From the NCBI GenBank assembly GCA_049970055.1, contig JBMFNR010000002.1, positions 340,406-404,405 on the forward strand: a DNA stretch of 64,000 nt. The letters are read 5' to 3'. This document shows positions 1 to 9,560 of the stretch, piece after piece. How positions within the stretch are numbered: position 1 is the stretch's first letter; each line of letters begins with the position of its first letter. The DNA comes from Fervidobacterium sp. (GTDB taxonomy: Bacteria; Thermotogota; Thermotogae; Thermotogales; Fervidobacteriaceae). The notes beneath the pieces were generated by a model that saw only the letters and a program-made list of their open reading frames with translations, had not been told where the DNA came from and did no database searches. A program made the translations under genes and the position numbers.

Positions 1-579
1 TGCAACAAGTGGTAGAAAAACCATCCAAAAGATTCTAGCCTCTGTTGCACCGTCTATTCTTGCGGCTTCTTCATAATCCTTCGGTATTGCAGCAAAAAAA
101 GGTAATAAAAGCCATATTACATAAGGTAAGTTGAAACTTATGTGAGCAAGAGTAACACCGGTCAATGTATCTTTTAAGTTCAACGTACTGAACAACATGA
201 ATAAAGGTATTACGAGTGATATTTGTGGAATCATTCTAAATGTTAGAAATGAATATGCAATGAATTCTTTTACTTTGGAAGAATAACGTGTAATACCGTA
301 CGAAGCCATTGAACCGACGATAACAGAAACCAAAGTAGAAAGGCTTGCGATAGTGACACTATTTTTGATGCTTTTTAAAAATTCTTTATTTGACAAAACT
401 GCTTTATAACTATCAAATGTTAGTTTAAAATACAATGGTCCGCGAGCCCAGATATCTATATCCCTCTTGAATCCACTTGTTATAACAATAAATATTGGCA
501 TTAATTCGACCAACAACACGATAATGCTTGTTAGTACTATAAGAAAAGGAATTAGTCTTTTTTTGCCCATCTTGCTCAT
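1..579 (-). CDS. Carbohydrate ABC transporter permease (MalG-like), runs off the window edge
   Basis: Not in ORF track. Read manually from ATG at 579 (overlaps upstream TGA): MSKMGKKRLIPFLIV...DYEEAARIDGA, containing the EAA loop. Confidence 0.92.
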   Translation of the reverse strand, partial: MSKMGKKRLIPFLIVLTSIIVLLVELMPIFIVITSGFKRDIDIWARGPLYFKLTFDSYKAVLSNKEFLKSIKNSVTIASLSTLVSVIVGSMASYGITRYSSKVKEFIAYSFLTFRMIPQISLVIPLFMLFSTLNLKDTLTGVTLAHISFNLPYVIWLLLPFFAAIPKDYEEAARIDGATEARIFWMVFLPLVA

Positions 580-1487
580 CCTTTTTCACTCTCAAATTGG
601 ACATTCCCACGAACAACAAAGAACGCTATAAACAAAGCAATAATAAGTAAAACAACGCCCATTGCTGCTGCGTAACCTATATTGAAAAACTCAAATGCGT
701 GCTTATTTATGTAAAGCGAAAGCAAAAGTGTAGAGTTTCCGGGACCACCGCCAGTCATTACGTAAACTTCTGAAAATATTCTCAGTGCGTCTATAAGTCT
801 TAGTAAAAAAGCTGTTGCTATGGTTGGTCGGAGATACGGGAGAATAATTTTAAACACCTTCGACCAAAAACCAGCTCCGTCTATTTGTGCCGCTTCAAGT
901 GCTTCTTTTGGTAACCCAGAAAGTCCCGCGTATATAAACATGAACATGAAAGGCCACATACGCCAAATATCCTGAACTATAACCATACCATATGCAAATT
1001 TTGGTTCTGCAAGCCAGGCTTTCATTCCATATCCCATTTTTTCAAGCAAAAAACTAATCATCCCATACTCAGGTTGTAACATCATTCGCCACGTGAGACC
1101 AGAAATAACTGGCAATATAAAGACAGGTAACAACAGCAATGCTCTGGCCGTGGAATAAAACCCGCCTTCACGATTTAAAAGTAGTGCAACGGAAAAGCCT
1201 ATTATAGTTTCAATAGGAAGAGCTATAACTATAAAACCCAACTGAAGCCACAACGAATGAATGAATTCGTTATCTTTGAAAAGGTTTTTGTAATTGTCAA
1301 AAAGTACGAATCGTCTTCCTTCCTTGTTGAAAAGGTTCCAATCAAAAGTAGACATATAAATTGCGTAAAATACTGGATATACAAGTATCGCAAAAATTAA
1401 GATCAGTGCAGGTAAGACAAATAGCCAAAAGGGGCGACTCGCGCCCCATGATTTTTTCTTAGTACCCGCTTGCTTTGAGTAGAGCAT
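576..1487 (-). CDS. Carbohydrate ABC transporter permease (MalF-like)
   Basis: EAAQIDGA EAA motif, MTGGGPG, multiple TM helices. Confidence 0.93.
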   Translation of the reverse strand: MLYSKQAGTKKKSWGASRPFWLFVLPALILIFAILVYPVFYAIYMSTFDWNLFNKEGRRFVLFDNYKNLFKDNEFIHSLWLQLGFIVIALPIETIIGFSVALLLNREGGFYSTARALLLLPVFILPVISGLTWRMMLQPEYGMISFLLEKMGYGMKAWLAEPKFAYGMVIVQDIWRMWPFMFMFIYAGLSGLPKEALEAAQIDGAGFWSKVFKIILPYLRPTIATAFLLRLIDALRIFSEVYVMTGGGPGNSTLLLSLYINKHAFEFFNIGYAAAMGVVLLIIALFIAFFVVRGNVQFESEKG

Positions 1488-2739
1488 TTAATTCCTCCTT
1501 CATCTTTTTAACGGCATCTTCTGGACTCATTTTGTCAGAAATTGCAGCAAGCCAGTAATTTCTAATTATTTGAGAAGCTTCAGGATATTTTCCAAACCTT
1601 GGTCTTGTCACAGCTCCTTTCATTGATTCAAAAATAGCTTTAAACCAAGGTCTGTTTTTGTTTATATTTGGGTTGAGCAAAAGATCGCTTCTTGCCGGTG
1701 TAAATCCTTTTGGAACGAGTTTCTGACCTGTTTCCAATGAGGCCCACCAGTAAGCAAATTCAACAGCAGCTGCTTTATTCTTGGAGGCGTTTGGTATAGC
1801 TAATACCCAACAACCCCTTATCGCAGCTGGTTTTGCAGGACCTGCTGGAGGTGCTGAATAAACTATCTTACCTGCAACAAGTGAGGCGTTTGGATCTTCA
1901 TGTTGAGGAACCAGTGCTGGCCACTGGAACATTGTAAAAACCTTGCCTTGGTTAAATGCAGCTATTCTTTCAGAATGCCCCATGTCGAGAGCACCCGGAG
2001 GCGCAAACTTAAGCAATTCTTTGTAGAAATTTATCGCCTCAACTGCTTTCTTATCGTCAAGCGCAACTACGACCTTGTTGTTGACTACGTCAAGAGGTCT
2101 TGTCCCGAACGATTCAAACATGAAAATTGCTTCTGCCGTTGAACCTTCTGTTTGTTTTGTGAAAGGCGCGAATCCGTATATGCCCTTTGAAGAGAAAAAT
2201 TCTGCCATATCACGCAGTTCTTTGAATGTTTTTGGTACATCCAAGTCATAACCGTATTTTGCTTTAAAATCGCTTTTGTTTTTTGGATCGTTGATGAGAT
2301 CTTTTCTGGTGATCCAAATATATACATTTGCGTTCACCGGCATTCCAACAAAAACCCCCAGCCACTGCGCTGCTTCGAAAGCATTAGGTGCAAATATGTT
2401 CAAATTCGGCTTTTTGTACACTTTACCGTATGGCCATTCATTGAATGGGGTCATCAAATGCGCCAGTGCTGGAATAAAAGGTTCATCAACAGTTACTAAG
2501 TCATAATCTGTTTTGTCTACTGTTACACTTACACCTATCTTTTGTAGCAAGTTACCTGACGGAATAAGTTCTAGTATAACTTTAATGCCTGTTGCTTTTT
2601 CAAAATCCGGCAGACCTTCTTTAAGAGCTTGTGTTAAAGCATCGTCCCAGGCAAGAACTTTGATAGTTGTATTGTACGTTGCTCCTAGAAGAAAGCTCAT
2701 CAAAAAACTTACCAACAACAAGAAAACTACTCTTTTCAT
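1459..2739 (-). CDS. Sugar ABC transporter substrate-binding protein
   Basis: Signal peptide; SBP_bac_1-like motifs (RKDL, VPKTFKEL, FNQGKVFT); upstream of two permeases. Confidence 0.92.
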   Translation of the reverse strand: MKRVVFLLLVSFLMSFLLGATYNTTIKVLAWDDALTQALKEGLPDFEKATGIKVILELIPSGNLLQKIGVSVTVDKTDYDLVTVDEPFIPALAHLMTPFNEWPYGKVYKKPNLNIFAPNAFEAAQWLGVFVGMPVNANVYIWITRKDLINDPKNKSDFKAKYGYDLDVPKTFKELRDMAEFFSSKGIYGFAPFTKQTEGSTAEAIFMFESFGTRPLDVVNNKVVVALDDKKAVEAINFYKELLKFAPPGALDMGHSERIAAFNQGKVFTMFQWPALVPQHEDPNASLVAGKIVYSAPPAGPAKPAAIRGCWVLAIPNASKNKAAAVEFAYWWASLETGQKLVPKGFTPARSDLLLNPNINKNRPWFKAIFESMKGAVTRPRFGKYPEASQIIRNYWLAAISDKMSPEDAVKKMKEELNALLKASGY

Positions 2740-2762
2740 AACAGTCCCCCCTTAAAAAATTG

Positions 2763-2790
2763 GTTACCACAACATGTGGTAACGTTAACA
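2763..2790. promoter_or_regulatory. Overlapping inverted repeats, probable LacI-type operator of the sugar ABC operon
   Basis: GTTACCACA-aca-TGTGGTAAC, overlapping TGGTAACGTTAACA (CG-centred imperfect palindrome), just upstream of the SBP RBS. Confidence 0.6.
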
Positions 2791-2910
2791 CAATTTAATC
2801 ATACTAATGTACCAAAAACAAAATACCTTTTTTGGAACAAATTAGCCGATTTTGCTAAATATTCGCGGATGTATGATAATTTTCTTAATTTCCTGTTATT
2901 ATCTGCGAAT

Positions 2911-2930
2911 ATATGATAACGTTATCATAT
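2911..2930. promoter_or_regulatory. Perfect 20-bp palindrome, probable transcription factor operator
   Basis: ATATGATAAC|GTTATCATAT in the divergent intergenic region. Confidence 0.7.
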
Positions 2931-3031
2931 GATTTTCAATTGATTTTCGATAAGAAATAAGGAGGATAAACACGATAATCTGTGTTATAATAAAATTATA
3001 AGAGCGAATCAAGCAGTAAAGGGGGATAAAA

Positions 3032-3871
3032 ATGAGGTTGTTCGCTATATTCAGTAAAATATTCGGTAAAAAGTCACGTGTTCAAGCAGCACGAGATGCT
3101 TTTCTTAAAGAAGATTTTGAGACACATAAAAGCCTACATTCACCAGACAAGATAGGTAATGAGCCGTGGCACAAAACGGAACAAGGGAAATACATTGGTC
3201 AGGCAGTTTACGGAGCAAGTGATGGTATAGTTACGACATTTGCTGCTATTTCTGGTGTTGCAGGAGCAAATCTGAACCCAAAGATAGCGCTTATCGTTGG
3301 GTTAGCTAATCTTTTTGCGGATGGCATTTCGATGGCCATTGGTGATTATCTTTCTGAGAAATCAGAAAAGGATTACATCGCAGCCGAAAAACAAAGGGAA
3401 CTATGGGAAGTTGAGCATATGCCAGAGGCAGAGAAACTCGAAGTTAAAGAAATTTATAAGAGGAAAGGTTTAAGTGGTGAGACACTCGATAACCTTGTCG
3501 ATGCCATTACAAGTAACAAAGAATTGTGGGTAGATACTATGCTCCACGAAGAGCTTGGATTGTTCGAAGATGAATCTTCACCTTTAAAAAGTGCTTTGAT
3601 AACATTTTTAGCATTTGCAATAGCAGGCTTTATGCCATTAATTGCGTATGTGTTTGCCGCTCAATGGGAATTTCTTTATAACAATCAATTCCTCATTTCT
3701 TGTATAATTACAGCTGTAACTTTGTTTGTTGTTGGGGCGTTAAGACAGATTGTAACAGGTGTAAAGTGGTTTATAGGCGGTCTAGAAATGCTATTTATAG
3801 GTGGGCTTTCCGCTGCTGTAGCGTATCTTATAGGCTGGATACTGAAATCGGTATTTAATATAATTGTTTAA
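3032..3871 (+). CDS. VIT1/CCC1 family Fe/Mn transporter
   Basis: YGASDGIVTTFA, ANLFADGISMAIGDYLS, HEELG motifs. Confidence 0.92.
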   Translation: MRLFAIFSKIFGKKSRVQAARDAFLKEDFETHKSLHSPDKIGNEPWHKTEQGKYIGQAVYGASDGIVTTFAAISGVAGANLNPKIALIVGLANLFADGISMAIGDYLSEKSEKDYIAAEKQRELWEVEHMPEAEKLEVKEIYKRKGLSGETLDNLVDAITSNKELWVDTMLHEELGLFEDESSPLKSALITFLAFAIAGFMPLIAYVFAAQWEFLYNNQFLISCIITAVTLFVVGALRQIVTGVKWFIGGLEMLFIGGLSAAVAYLIGWILKSVFNIIV

Positions 3872-3885
3872 AAAGGGGATACTGT

Positions 3886-4653
3886 ATGCATTTTACTTTT
3901 ATAGACAAGTTGATTCTATTTCCATTAATTTTTTTAGCCGGTTTTGTAGATTCAATTGCTGGTGGTGGAGGTCTGATTTCCTTGCCAGCGTACCTTTTTA
4001 TCGGTTTACCAGGTCATTATGCGCTTGGAACCAATAAATTATCATCTACAATAGGTACGGTGTTTAGTACATTCAGATATGCTAAGGGAAGAGCTATTGT
4101 CTATTCAGTTGGGTTACCATCAGTTGTTGGTTCACTTTTGGGGTCTTACCTTGGTGCGAAACTTGCATTGCATATTTCGTCTGAGAGATTGAAATTGATA
4201 CTTACGCTACTGATACCTTTGGCAGCTGTATTTGTGTTTTTAGGCAGGGTAAGAGAGAAGAAAAATAATAACAACGTCACGCTTTACAACATCGAAACTT
4301 ATGTAATATCTTTTTTAATAGGTTTATCCGTCGGTACCTACGATGGATTTTTTGGACCAGGAACGGGTACATTTTTGATAATACTGTATGTTTCTATACT
4401 ATCGTTAAACCATGTTTGTGCATCCGGCACGGCAAAGATAGTCAACCTCGCATCTAACATTGGAGCTCTAATAACCTTTATCATTGGAGGAAAAGTGTTG
4501 TACTCACTTGGTCTTCCCGCGGCACTCTTTGGAATACTTGGTAATTGGCTAGGTTCTGGCCTTGCTTTAAAAAAAGGTTCAAAGGTAATAAAACCAATCA
4601 TACTTGCGGTGCTGGTAATATTATTTGTCAAGATTCTTAGCGACATAGTATAA
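3886..4653 (+). CDS. TauE/SafE (TSUP) family transporter
   Basis: AGFVDSIAGGGGLI and YDGFFGPGTGTF repeats. Confidence 0.92.
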   Translation: MHFTFIDKLILFPLIFLAGFVDSIAGGGGLISLPAYLFIGLPGHYALGTNKLSSTIGTVFSTFRYAKGRAIVYSVGLPSVVGSLLGSYLGAKLALHISSERLKLILTLLIPLAAVFVFLGRVREKKNNNNVTLYNIETYVISFLIGLSVGTYDGFFGPGTGTFLIILYVSILSLNHVCASGTAKIVNLASNIGALITFIIGGKVLYSLGLPAALFGILGNWLGSGLALKKGSKVIKPIILAVLVILFVKILSDIV

Positions 4654-4700
4654 TTGTGTAAAGTTATTCAGTGTTTGATTGTACAACTGAGGTGATTTAC

Positions 4701-5189
4701 GTGGCTGATATGCTTGTTAAACTGTACGAAATTCGAAGATATGATGAACTGTTAGAAAAACTGAGACCAGAGGGAATAGAAATCAAGCGCCCTATCGGTC
4801 CGGAAAAATACTTCGTCGTTGAATGGGTTAGAAAACACTTTGGACATCATTGGGCAAGCGAGATGGATATGACATTTTCAAACAAACCTATATCGTCTTT
4901 TATAGCTGTTGATAAGAATAAAGACAATCAAATAATAGGGTTTGCCTGCTACGATGCTACTGTTAGAGGTTTCTTCGGACCAACCGGTGTGGATCCTAAT
5001 TATCGTGGAAAAGGTGTTGGAACTGCTTTACTATTGGAGTGCTTGAACGATATGCTTAATGTAGGGTATGCTTACGCAATCATAGGAGATGCAGGACCAA
5101 CTGAGTATTACAAAAAAACCGTGAATGCGATTGAAATTCCAAGCTCAGAACCAGGTATATACAGGATGATGGTGAGAAAAGTAGAATAA
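4701..5189 (+). CDS. GNAT family N-acetyltransferase
   Basis: GVDPNYRGKGVGTALL acetyl-CoA motif A; GTG start after GAGGTG. Confidence 0.88.
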   Translation: MADMLVKLYEIRRYDELLEKLRPEGIEIKRPIGPEKYFVVEWVRKHFGHHWASEMDMTFSNKPISSFIAVDKNKDNQIIGFACYDATVRGFFGPTGVDPNYRGKGVGTALLLECLNDMLNVGYAYAIIGDAGPTEYYKKTVNAIEIPSSEPGIYRMMVRKVE

Positions 5190-5311
5190 TCTAAAGCTTT
5201 TTAAAAAATTTTCCCGGATATTTTCTCGAATAGTTTCTCAGATAGTCTCTAGAATAGACTTTTTAACTCAATGTTAACCATCTTTTTTCATACATGGTTA
5301 ATATAAAGTAC

Positions 5312-5339
5312 TTGACAAAAAAAATTTCTTTGGTATCAT
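5312..5339 (+). promoter_or_regulatory. Sigma70-type promoter for tRNA cluster 1
   Basis: TTGACA-16 bp-TATCAT with TG extension. Confidence 0.75.
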
Positions 5340-5381
5340 TGGTTACGGTTACTGACTTTGTGAAACAAGCCAAATATTAAC

Positions 5382-5457
5382 GCCCCCATCGTCTAGCGGT
5401 CTAGGACACTGGCCTTTCAAGCCAGCGGCACGGGTTCGAATCCCGTTGGGGGCGCCA
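5382..5457 (+). tRNA. tRNA-Glu(TTC)
   Basis: Cloverleaf; anticodon arm CTGGC-CTTTCAA-GCCAG; GGTTCGAATCC; encoded CCA. Confidence 0.97.
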
Positions 5458-5485
5458 AGTTTTCTAAATACGCGTTGATCAGTGG

Positions 5486-5560
5486 GGGTGCGTAGCTCAG
5501 AGGGAGAGCGTCTGCCTTACGAGCAGAAGGTCGTAGGTTCAAGTCCTGCCGCACCCACCA
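5486..5560 (+). tRNA. tRNA-Val(TAC)
   Basis: GGGTGCG/CGCACCC acceptor stem; TCTGC-CTTACGA-GCAGA; CCA. Confidence 0.97.
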
Positions 5561-5605
5561 AATAAAAGAAAATAAATAGAAGCGATTAGATAAAAACTTA
5601 CAGGT

Positions 5606-5681
5606 GGCCAGGTAGCTCAGTTGGTAGAGCAGTGGACTGAAAATCCACGTGTCGACGGTTCGATTCCGTCCCTGGCCACCA
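5606..5681 (+). tRNA. tRNA-Phe(GAA)
   Basis: GGCCAGG/CCTGGCC acceptor stem; GTGGA-CTGAAAA-TCCAC; CCA. Confidence 0.97.
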
Positions 5682-5829
5682 GTTTTTATTTTTATCCCTC
5701 ATTGATTCTTTAATAATCCCTGTTGAAGTTATAAAATTTTCTGGTATAATTCTTCGTAGCTGAGATTTAATTCTAAATGCTTATACATACTAACACATAT
5801 CAATGCATACTAAGAAGGAGGAAAGAGCG

Positions 5830-5964
5830 ATGAAAAGGACATACCAACCATCCCAGAGAAAAAGGAAAAGAACACATGGCTTTCTGGCAAGAAAATCAAC
5901 ACCAGGTGGAAGAAAAGTTCTTAGAAACAGAAGAAGAACAGGAAGATGGAGACTCACCGTTTGA
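5830..5964 (+). CDS. rpmH: 50S ribosomal protein L34
   Basis: Below ORF-track cutoff. Manual translation [54 protein letters not shown]. Confidence 0.98.
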   Translation: MKRTYQPSQRKRKRTHGFLARKSTPGGRKVLRNRRRTGRWRLTV

Positions 5965-6350
5965 CGCATTGTAGAAACTTCACTTTTAGAAAAAAAGAGC
6001 GCCTGAAACTCAGGAGAAATATAACCCTTTTGTTTAAACTTGGCAACTCAATTCAAAATGAAGATTTCGTTGTGATTTATAGAAAAAATGGACTTGATTA
6101 CAGTAGGATTGCTATTTCTGTAAGAAAGAAGTTCGGAAAAGCGATTCGGAGAAATAAATTAAGAAGATGGGTAAGAGAATGCTTCAGAACGAATAAAGAA
6201 AAAATTGCGAAGGGATACGATTATCTTATCATATCAAGAAAAGGTTTATCCGGAAAGTTTGAAAAGAGTAATTACTGGTCGGTATGTGCTTCATTACTAA
6301 GTGTTTTTGAGAGGATAGTTGATGCGGAAAGTAATATTAGGAATTATTAG
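5946..6350 (+). CDS. rnpA: Ribonuclease P protein component (start uncertain, possibly TTG 5961)
   Basis: [21 protein letters not shown] motif; follows rpmH. Confidence 0.95.
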   Translation: METHRLTHCRNFTFRKKERLKLRRNITLLFKLGNSIQNEDFVVIYRKNGLDYSRIAISVRKKFGKAIRRNKLRRWVRECFRTNKEKIAKGYDYLIISRKGLSGKFEKSNYWSVCASLLSVFERIVDAESNIRNY

Positions 6351-6585
6351 ATTTTACCAAAGGTACATTTCACCACTTAAACCACCAACGTGTAGATTTG
6401 AACCAACATGTTCCACTTACACATATCAGGCAGTGGAACGTTTTGGTGTTTTGAAAGGGTTGCTCCTGGGTTTCTGGCGCGTTCTTCGTTGCAATCCACT
6501 TTCTGAAGGTGGGTACGATCCTGTACCTACCGAGGTTCATATTTTCAAAATCAAAAGCGCAAATAAAAATCTAAGGAGGCGGTAG
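6322..6585 (+). CDS. yidD: Membrane protein insertion efficiency factor
   Basis: [26 protein letters not shown]. Confidence 0.96.
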   Translation: MRKVILGIIRFYQRYISPLKPPTCRFEPTCSTYTYQAVERFGVLKGLLLGFWRVLRCNPLSEGGYDPVPTEVHIFKIKSANKNLRRR

Positions 6586-6587
6586 TA

Positions 6588-7919
6588 TTGAAAAAATTAA
6601 CCGTCATTTTTTTCTTGTTAAGCTTAGTAGTAGCGGGGGTTGCGAGCGTACTTGTTGAAGAAAGAGTAGACTCTATAGTTGTTACTGGGAAGTATATTCA
6701 AGTTGAACTGATGAAAGATGGTAATCTTTCAAAGGTAAGTCACCTCTTGGGGAGGGCGTTTTTATTTTACGTTAACGACAACGATGGCTTTGATTTATTT
6801 GATGAAAATAACGTCGAAATATCCGAAGGTACTCCAACGTGCAGTATTGTCTACGGTGAACAAGTGGGTAAGGACATGTATAAGTCTGTGCAGATCGTTT
6901 TTTCTTATCCAAGTGGAATAAAGAAGATATATACGTTCGATGATAGCTTCATAACGTATTCATACAAAGTATCTATTCAATCGCCTAAGGATGTAAAAGT
7001 TGCTCTACCTTTAATTTGGACAAACGATACTATCAGATCTGTTGTCAATTTCTTTGTCTCATTCAGACCAGATAAAGATTACACCTCTATTGTTAAATTT
7101 ACAGGAAAGTTGCAAGGTACAAAAGTTGTAGGTAACAATCTCGAATTAACTGTTTACATGGGCCCCTACAAGAAGAATGTTTTAAAGCATGTTTTCGGCG
7201 ATGATTTTGACAGACTTTTAAGTCTCATTAAAACCATTCCAGGTGCTGGTACGTGGTACAGTGTTATATCTGATGGGCTCACTGAATTTTTCAACTTGAT
7301 AAATTTACTAACAAAAAACTTTGGACTTACAATTATCGTTTTTACCATAATCGTTAGACTAATACTTTACCCTTTCTATCATGCCCAAACGAAACAGATG
7401 ATACAAATGAGAAAACTTCAACCCGCAGTTGAGGCTATAAAGAAAAAGTATAAAGATCCACAGAAGCAGCAAGAGGAATTAATGAAATTGTACAAAGAAA
7501 ATAAAATTAATCCTTCAAGCGGTTGTTTAATGCTTCTAATACAATTACCAATCTTTATGCTTCTTTATGGTGTCATTCAAAGTTATCAAGAGCTCTTTTC
7601 GGTTTCTGGAGGATTTTTGATTTGGAAAGATCTTTCTGTTGGTGGTTGGGGTGCAAACTGGCTATTCCTGATAATCACGGTACTAACGTCGTACTATCTG
7701 GCACTTATTACGAGCCAAGATTCAAGAACAGCTTGGCAACAGATCATTATGGGTGCAATTTTCCCATTCTTCTTTATTAACCTTCCAAGCGGTATATTCT
7801 TGTACTGGACAGTGAACTCACTCATACAACTTGGAATAACATTCTACATCTACAGACGTTACAAAATACAAGGACTAACACAACATGAATTGTGGGGGAT
7901 TAAGCCCAAGAAAAAATAG
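6588..7919 (+). CDS. yidC: Membrane protein insertase YidC
   Basis: VRLILYP, LQPAVEAIKKKY, NPSSGCLMLLIQLP, LYW motifs. Confidence 0.96.
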   Translation: MKKLTVIFFLLSLVVAGVASVLVEERVDSIVVTGKYIQVELMKDGNLSKVSHLLGRAFLFYVNDNDGFDLFDENNVEISEGTPTCSIVYGEQVGKDMYKSVQIVFSYPSGIKKIYTFDDSFITYSYKVSIQSPKDVKVALPLIWTNDTIRSVVNFFVSFRPDKDYTSIVKFTGKLQGTKVVGNNLELTVYMGPYKKNVLKHVFGDDFDRLLSLIKTIPGAGTWYSVISDGLTEFFNLINLLTKNFGLTIIVFTIIVRLILYPFYHAQTKQMIQMRKLQPAVEAIKKKYKDPQKQQEELMKLYKENKINPSSGCLMLLIQLPIFMLLYGVIQSYQELFSVSGGFLIWKDLSVGGWGANWLFLIITVLTSYYLALITSQDSRTAWQQIIMGAIFPFFFINLPSGIFLYWTVNSLIQLGITFYIYRRYKIQGLTQHELWGIKPKKK

Positions 7920-7953
7920 GCGCTAGTTATTGAAGTTTGAAGAGGTGATCGAC

Positions 7954-8625
7954 TTGAAGAGATTAAACTACATAGGAAAAACAGTAGAAGATATCATTGA
8001 GCAATTTAAGAGCGATTACGATGTACTTGATGGTGAATACGAATTAAATATTCTCGATAAAGGCACGCATGGTATATTTGGTTTATTTGCCAGGGATGCA
8101 GTAGTAGAAATTACTGTAACGAATAAGTATTACGAGAGAAAGTTAAAAGAATTTTTAGAAGGTATATTCAAACATTTTGGGATTGAGTATTTTATCGAAG
8201 TAACAAGTAGAGGTAAGACTTTTCTTGCATCTTGCCATAGTGAAGGGATAGGCAAGATAATCGGAAAACATGGGAAAGGATTAGGTGCTCTTCAGCACTT
8301 GGCGAGCATCTATCTTAACAGGATAACGGATACAAAAGTTACTGTGATTATTGATGCTGGAAATTACAGGGAGAAAAGAAGAGAGCAAATCCAAAAAATT
8401 GTGGAACACGCTGTAGAAAAAGCAAGAAAAGTCGGAAAAGTAAAACTTGACCCAATGTTTGCATTCGAAAGAAAAATTGTTCATGAGTTCGCAAAGAAAT
8501 ACAAAGATATCCACACATATTCAGAAGGTCTTGAACCTTACAGGTACGTGGTTATTGAATTGCGCAAGGGAGGTCGTAAAGATGAAGATAGGAAACATTA
8601 CAGAAATGCAGCCACAGGAAATTGA
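7954..8625 (+). CDS. jag: Jag/EloR (KhpB) RNA-binding protein
   Basis: KH motif IIGKHGK, R3H motif ERKIVH, SEGLEPYR; TTG start after GAGGTG. Confidence 0.93.
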   Translation: MKRLNYIGKTVEDIIEQFKSDYDVLDGEYELNILDKGTHGIFGLFARDAVVEITVTNKYYERKLKEFLEGIFKHFGIEYFIEVTSRGKTFLASCHSEGIGKIIGKHGKGLGALQHLASIYLNRITDTKVTVIIDAGNYREKRREQIQKIVEHAVEKARKVGKVKLDPMFAFERKIVHEFAKKYKDIHTYSEGLEPYRYVVIELRKGGRKDEDRKHYRNAATGN

Positions 8626-8920
8626 CAATGGGAAAATATTAAAACGCGTATTGATAGGTCCGAGAGATGGTGCGCCGAATTTTGTAATGAGACTCTTTAC
8701 TTTGAAACCGAATGCAGCAACACCGTACCATACTCACCCTTGGGAGCATGAGATATTTGTTGTTGAGGGTGAAATAGAAGTTGTTAGAAAAGATGGACGG
8801 GTAAAAGTTACGAAAGGTTCCTATATATACGTTGAACCAAATGAAGAACATCAGTTTCAAAACATCGGTGATATGGAAGCATCATTTATATGTGTCATTC
8901 CCAAAGAAGGCGGAGAATGA
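8582..8920 (+). CDS. Cupin domain protein
   Basis: PYHTHPWEHE and PNEEHQF cupin metal motifs; ATG 8582 after GGAGGT. Confidence 0.9.
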   Translation: MKIGNITEMQPQEIDNGKILKRVLIGPRDGAPNFVMRLFTLKPNAATPYHTHPWEHEIFVVEGEIEVVRKDGRVKVTKGSYIYVEPNEEHQFQNIGDMEASFICVIPKEGGE

Positions 8921-8963
8921 AGTATAAATAAAATTTTAACAATGATTTTTCACATGTAAATAC

Positions 8964-8992
8964 TTGACATGGCAATCCATGCATGCTATAAT
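8964..8992 (+). promoter_or_regulatory. Consensus sigma70 promoter for tRNA cluster 2
   Basis: TTGACA-17 bp-TATAAT with extended TG. Confidence 0.88.
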
Positions 8993-9012
8993 TACTCACG
9001 GTCTTTGCGAGT

Positions 9013-9089
9013 CGGGGCGTAGCGCAGTTGGCGAGCGCGCCGGTCTTGGGAACCGGAGGTCGCTGGTTCAAGCCCAGTCGCCCCGACCA
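9013..9089 (+). tRNA. tRNA-Pro(TGG)
   Basis: CGGGGCG/CGCCCCG; CCGGT-CTTGGGA-ACCGG; CCA. Confidence 0.96.
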
Positions 9090-9093
9090 GTGT

Positions 9094-9169
<76 letters not shown>

Positions 9170-9188
9170 ATTTTTTCTTCAATTGGCT

Positions 9189-9265
9189 GCGGCCGTAGCT
9201 CAACAGGATAGAGCATCGGACTTCTAATCCGAGGGTTGTGGGTTCGAGTCCCGCCGGCCGCGCCA
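9189..9265 (+). tRNA. tRNA-Arg(TCT)
   Basis: TCGGA-CTTCTAA-TCCGA; GCCA end. Confidence 0.97.
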
Positions 9266-9295
9266 GAAGGTAAAGTTAATAGTAACTGTATATGT

Positions 9296-9372
9296 GGTGG
9301 CTATAGCTCAGCTGGCAGAGCGCCTGACTGTGGATCAGGTGGTCGAGGGTTCAAATCCCTCTAGCCACCCCA
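9296..9372 (+). tRNA. tRNA-His(GTG), including G-1
   Basis: CCTGA-CTGTGGA-TCAGG; G-1:C73; CCA. Confidence 0.97.
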
Positions 9373-9390
9373 ATTTTTTATATAACGTGC

Positions 9391-9467
9391 GCGCTCGTAG
9401 CTCAACTGGATAGAGCGTCGGACTTCGGATCCGATGGTTGCGGGTTCAAGTCCTGCCGGGCGCGCCA
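9391..9467 (+). tRNA. tRNA-Arg(TCG)
   Basis: TCGGA-CTTCGGA-TCCGA; GCCA end. Confidence 0.96.
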
Positions 9468-9560
9468 GAGGGTAAAAATGAAGAAATTTATTCGCTCAAA
9501 CATTCAGACAAACTTCAGAAAAACGTGATTTTCAAACGTCAGAGAAGAGGAGGTATAACT

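Noticed and set aside
425..619. 64-aa minus-strand ORF
   Set aside because: Out-of-frame shadow of the real permease CDS (1-579)
5190..5830. oriC next to rpmH
   Set aside because: No dnaA and no cluster of TTATCCACA-type boxes; the 12-mers here match no DnaA box I know
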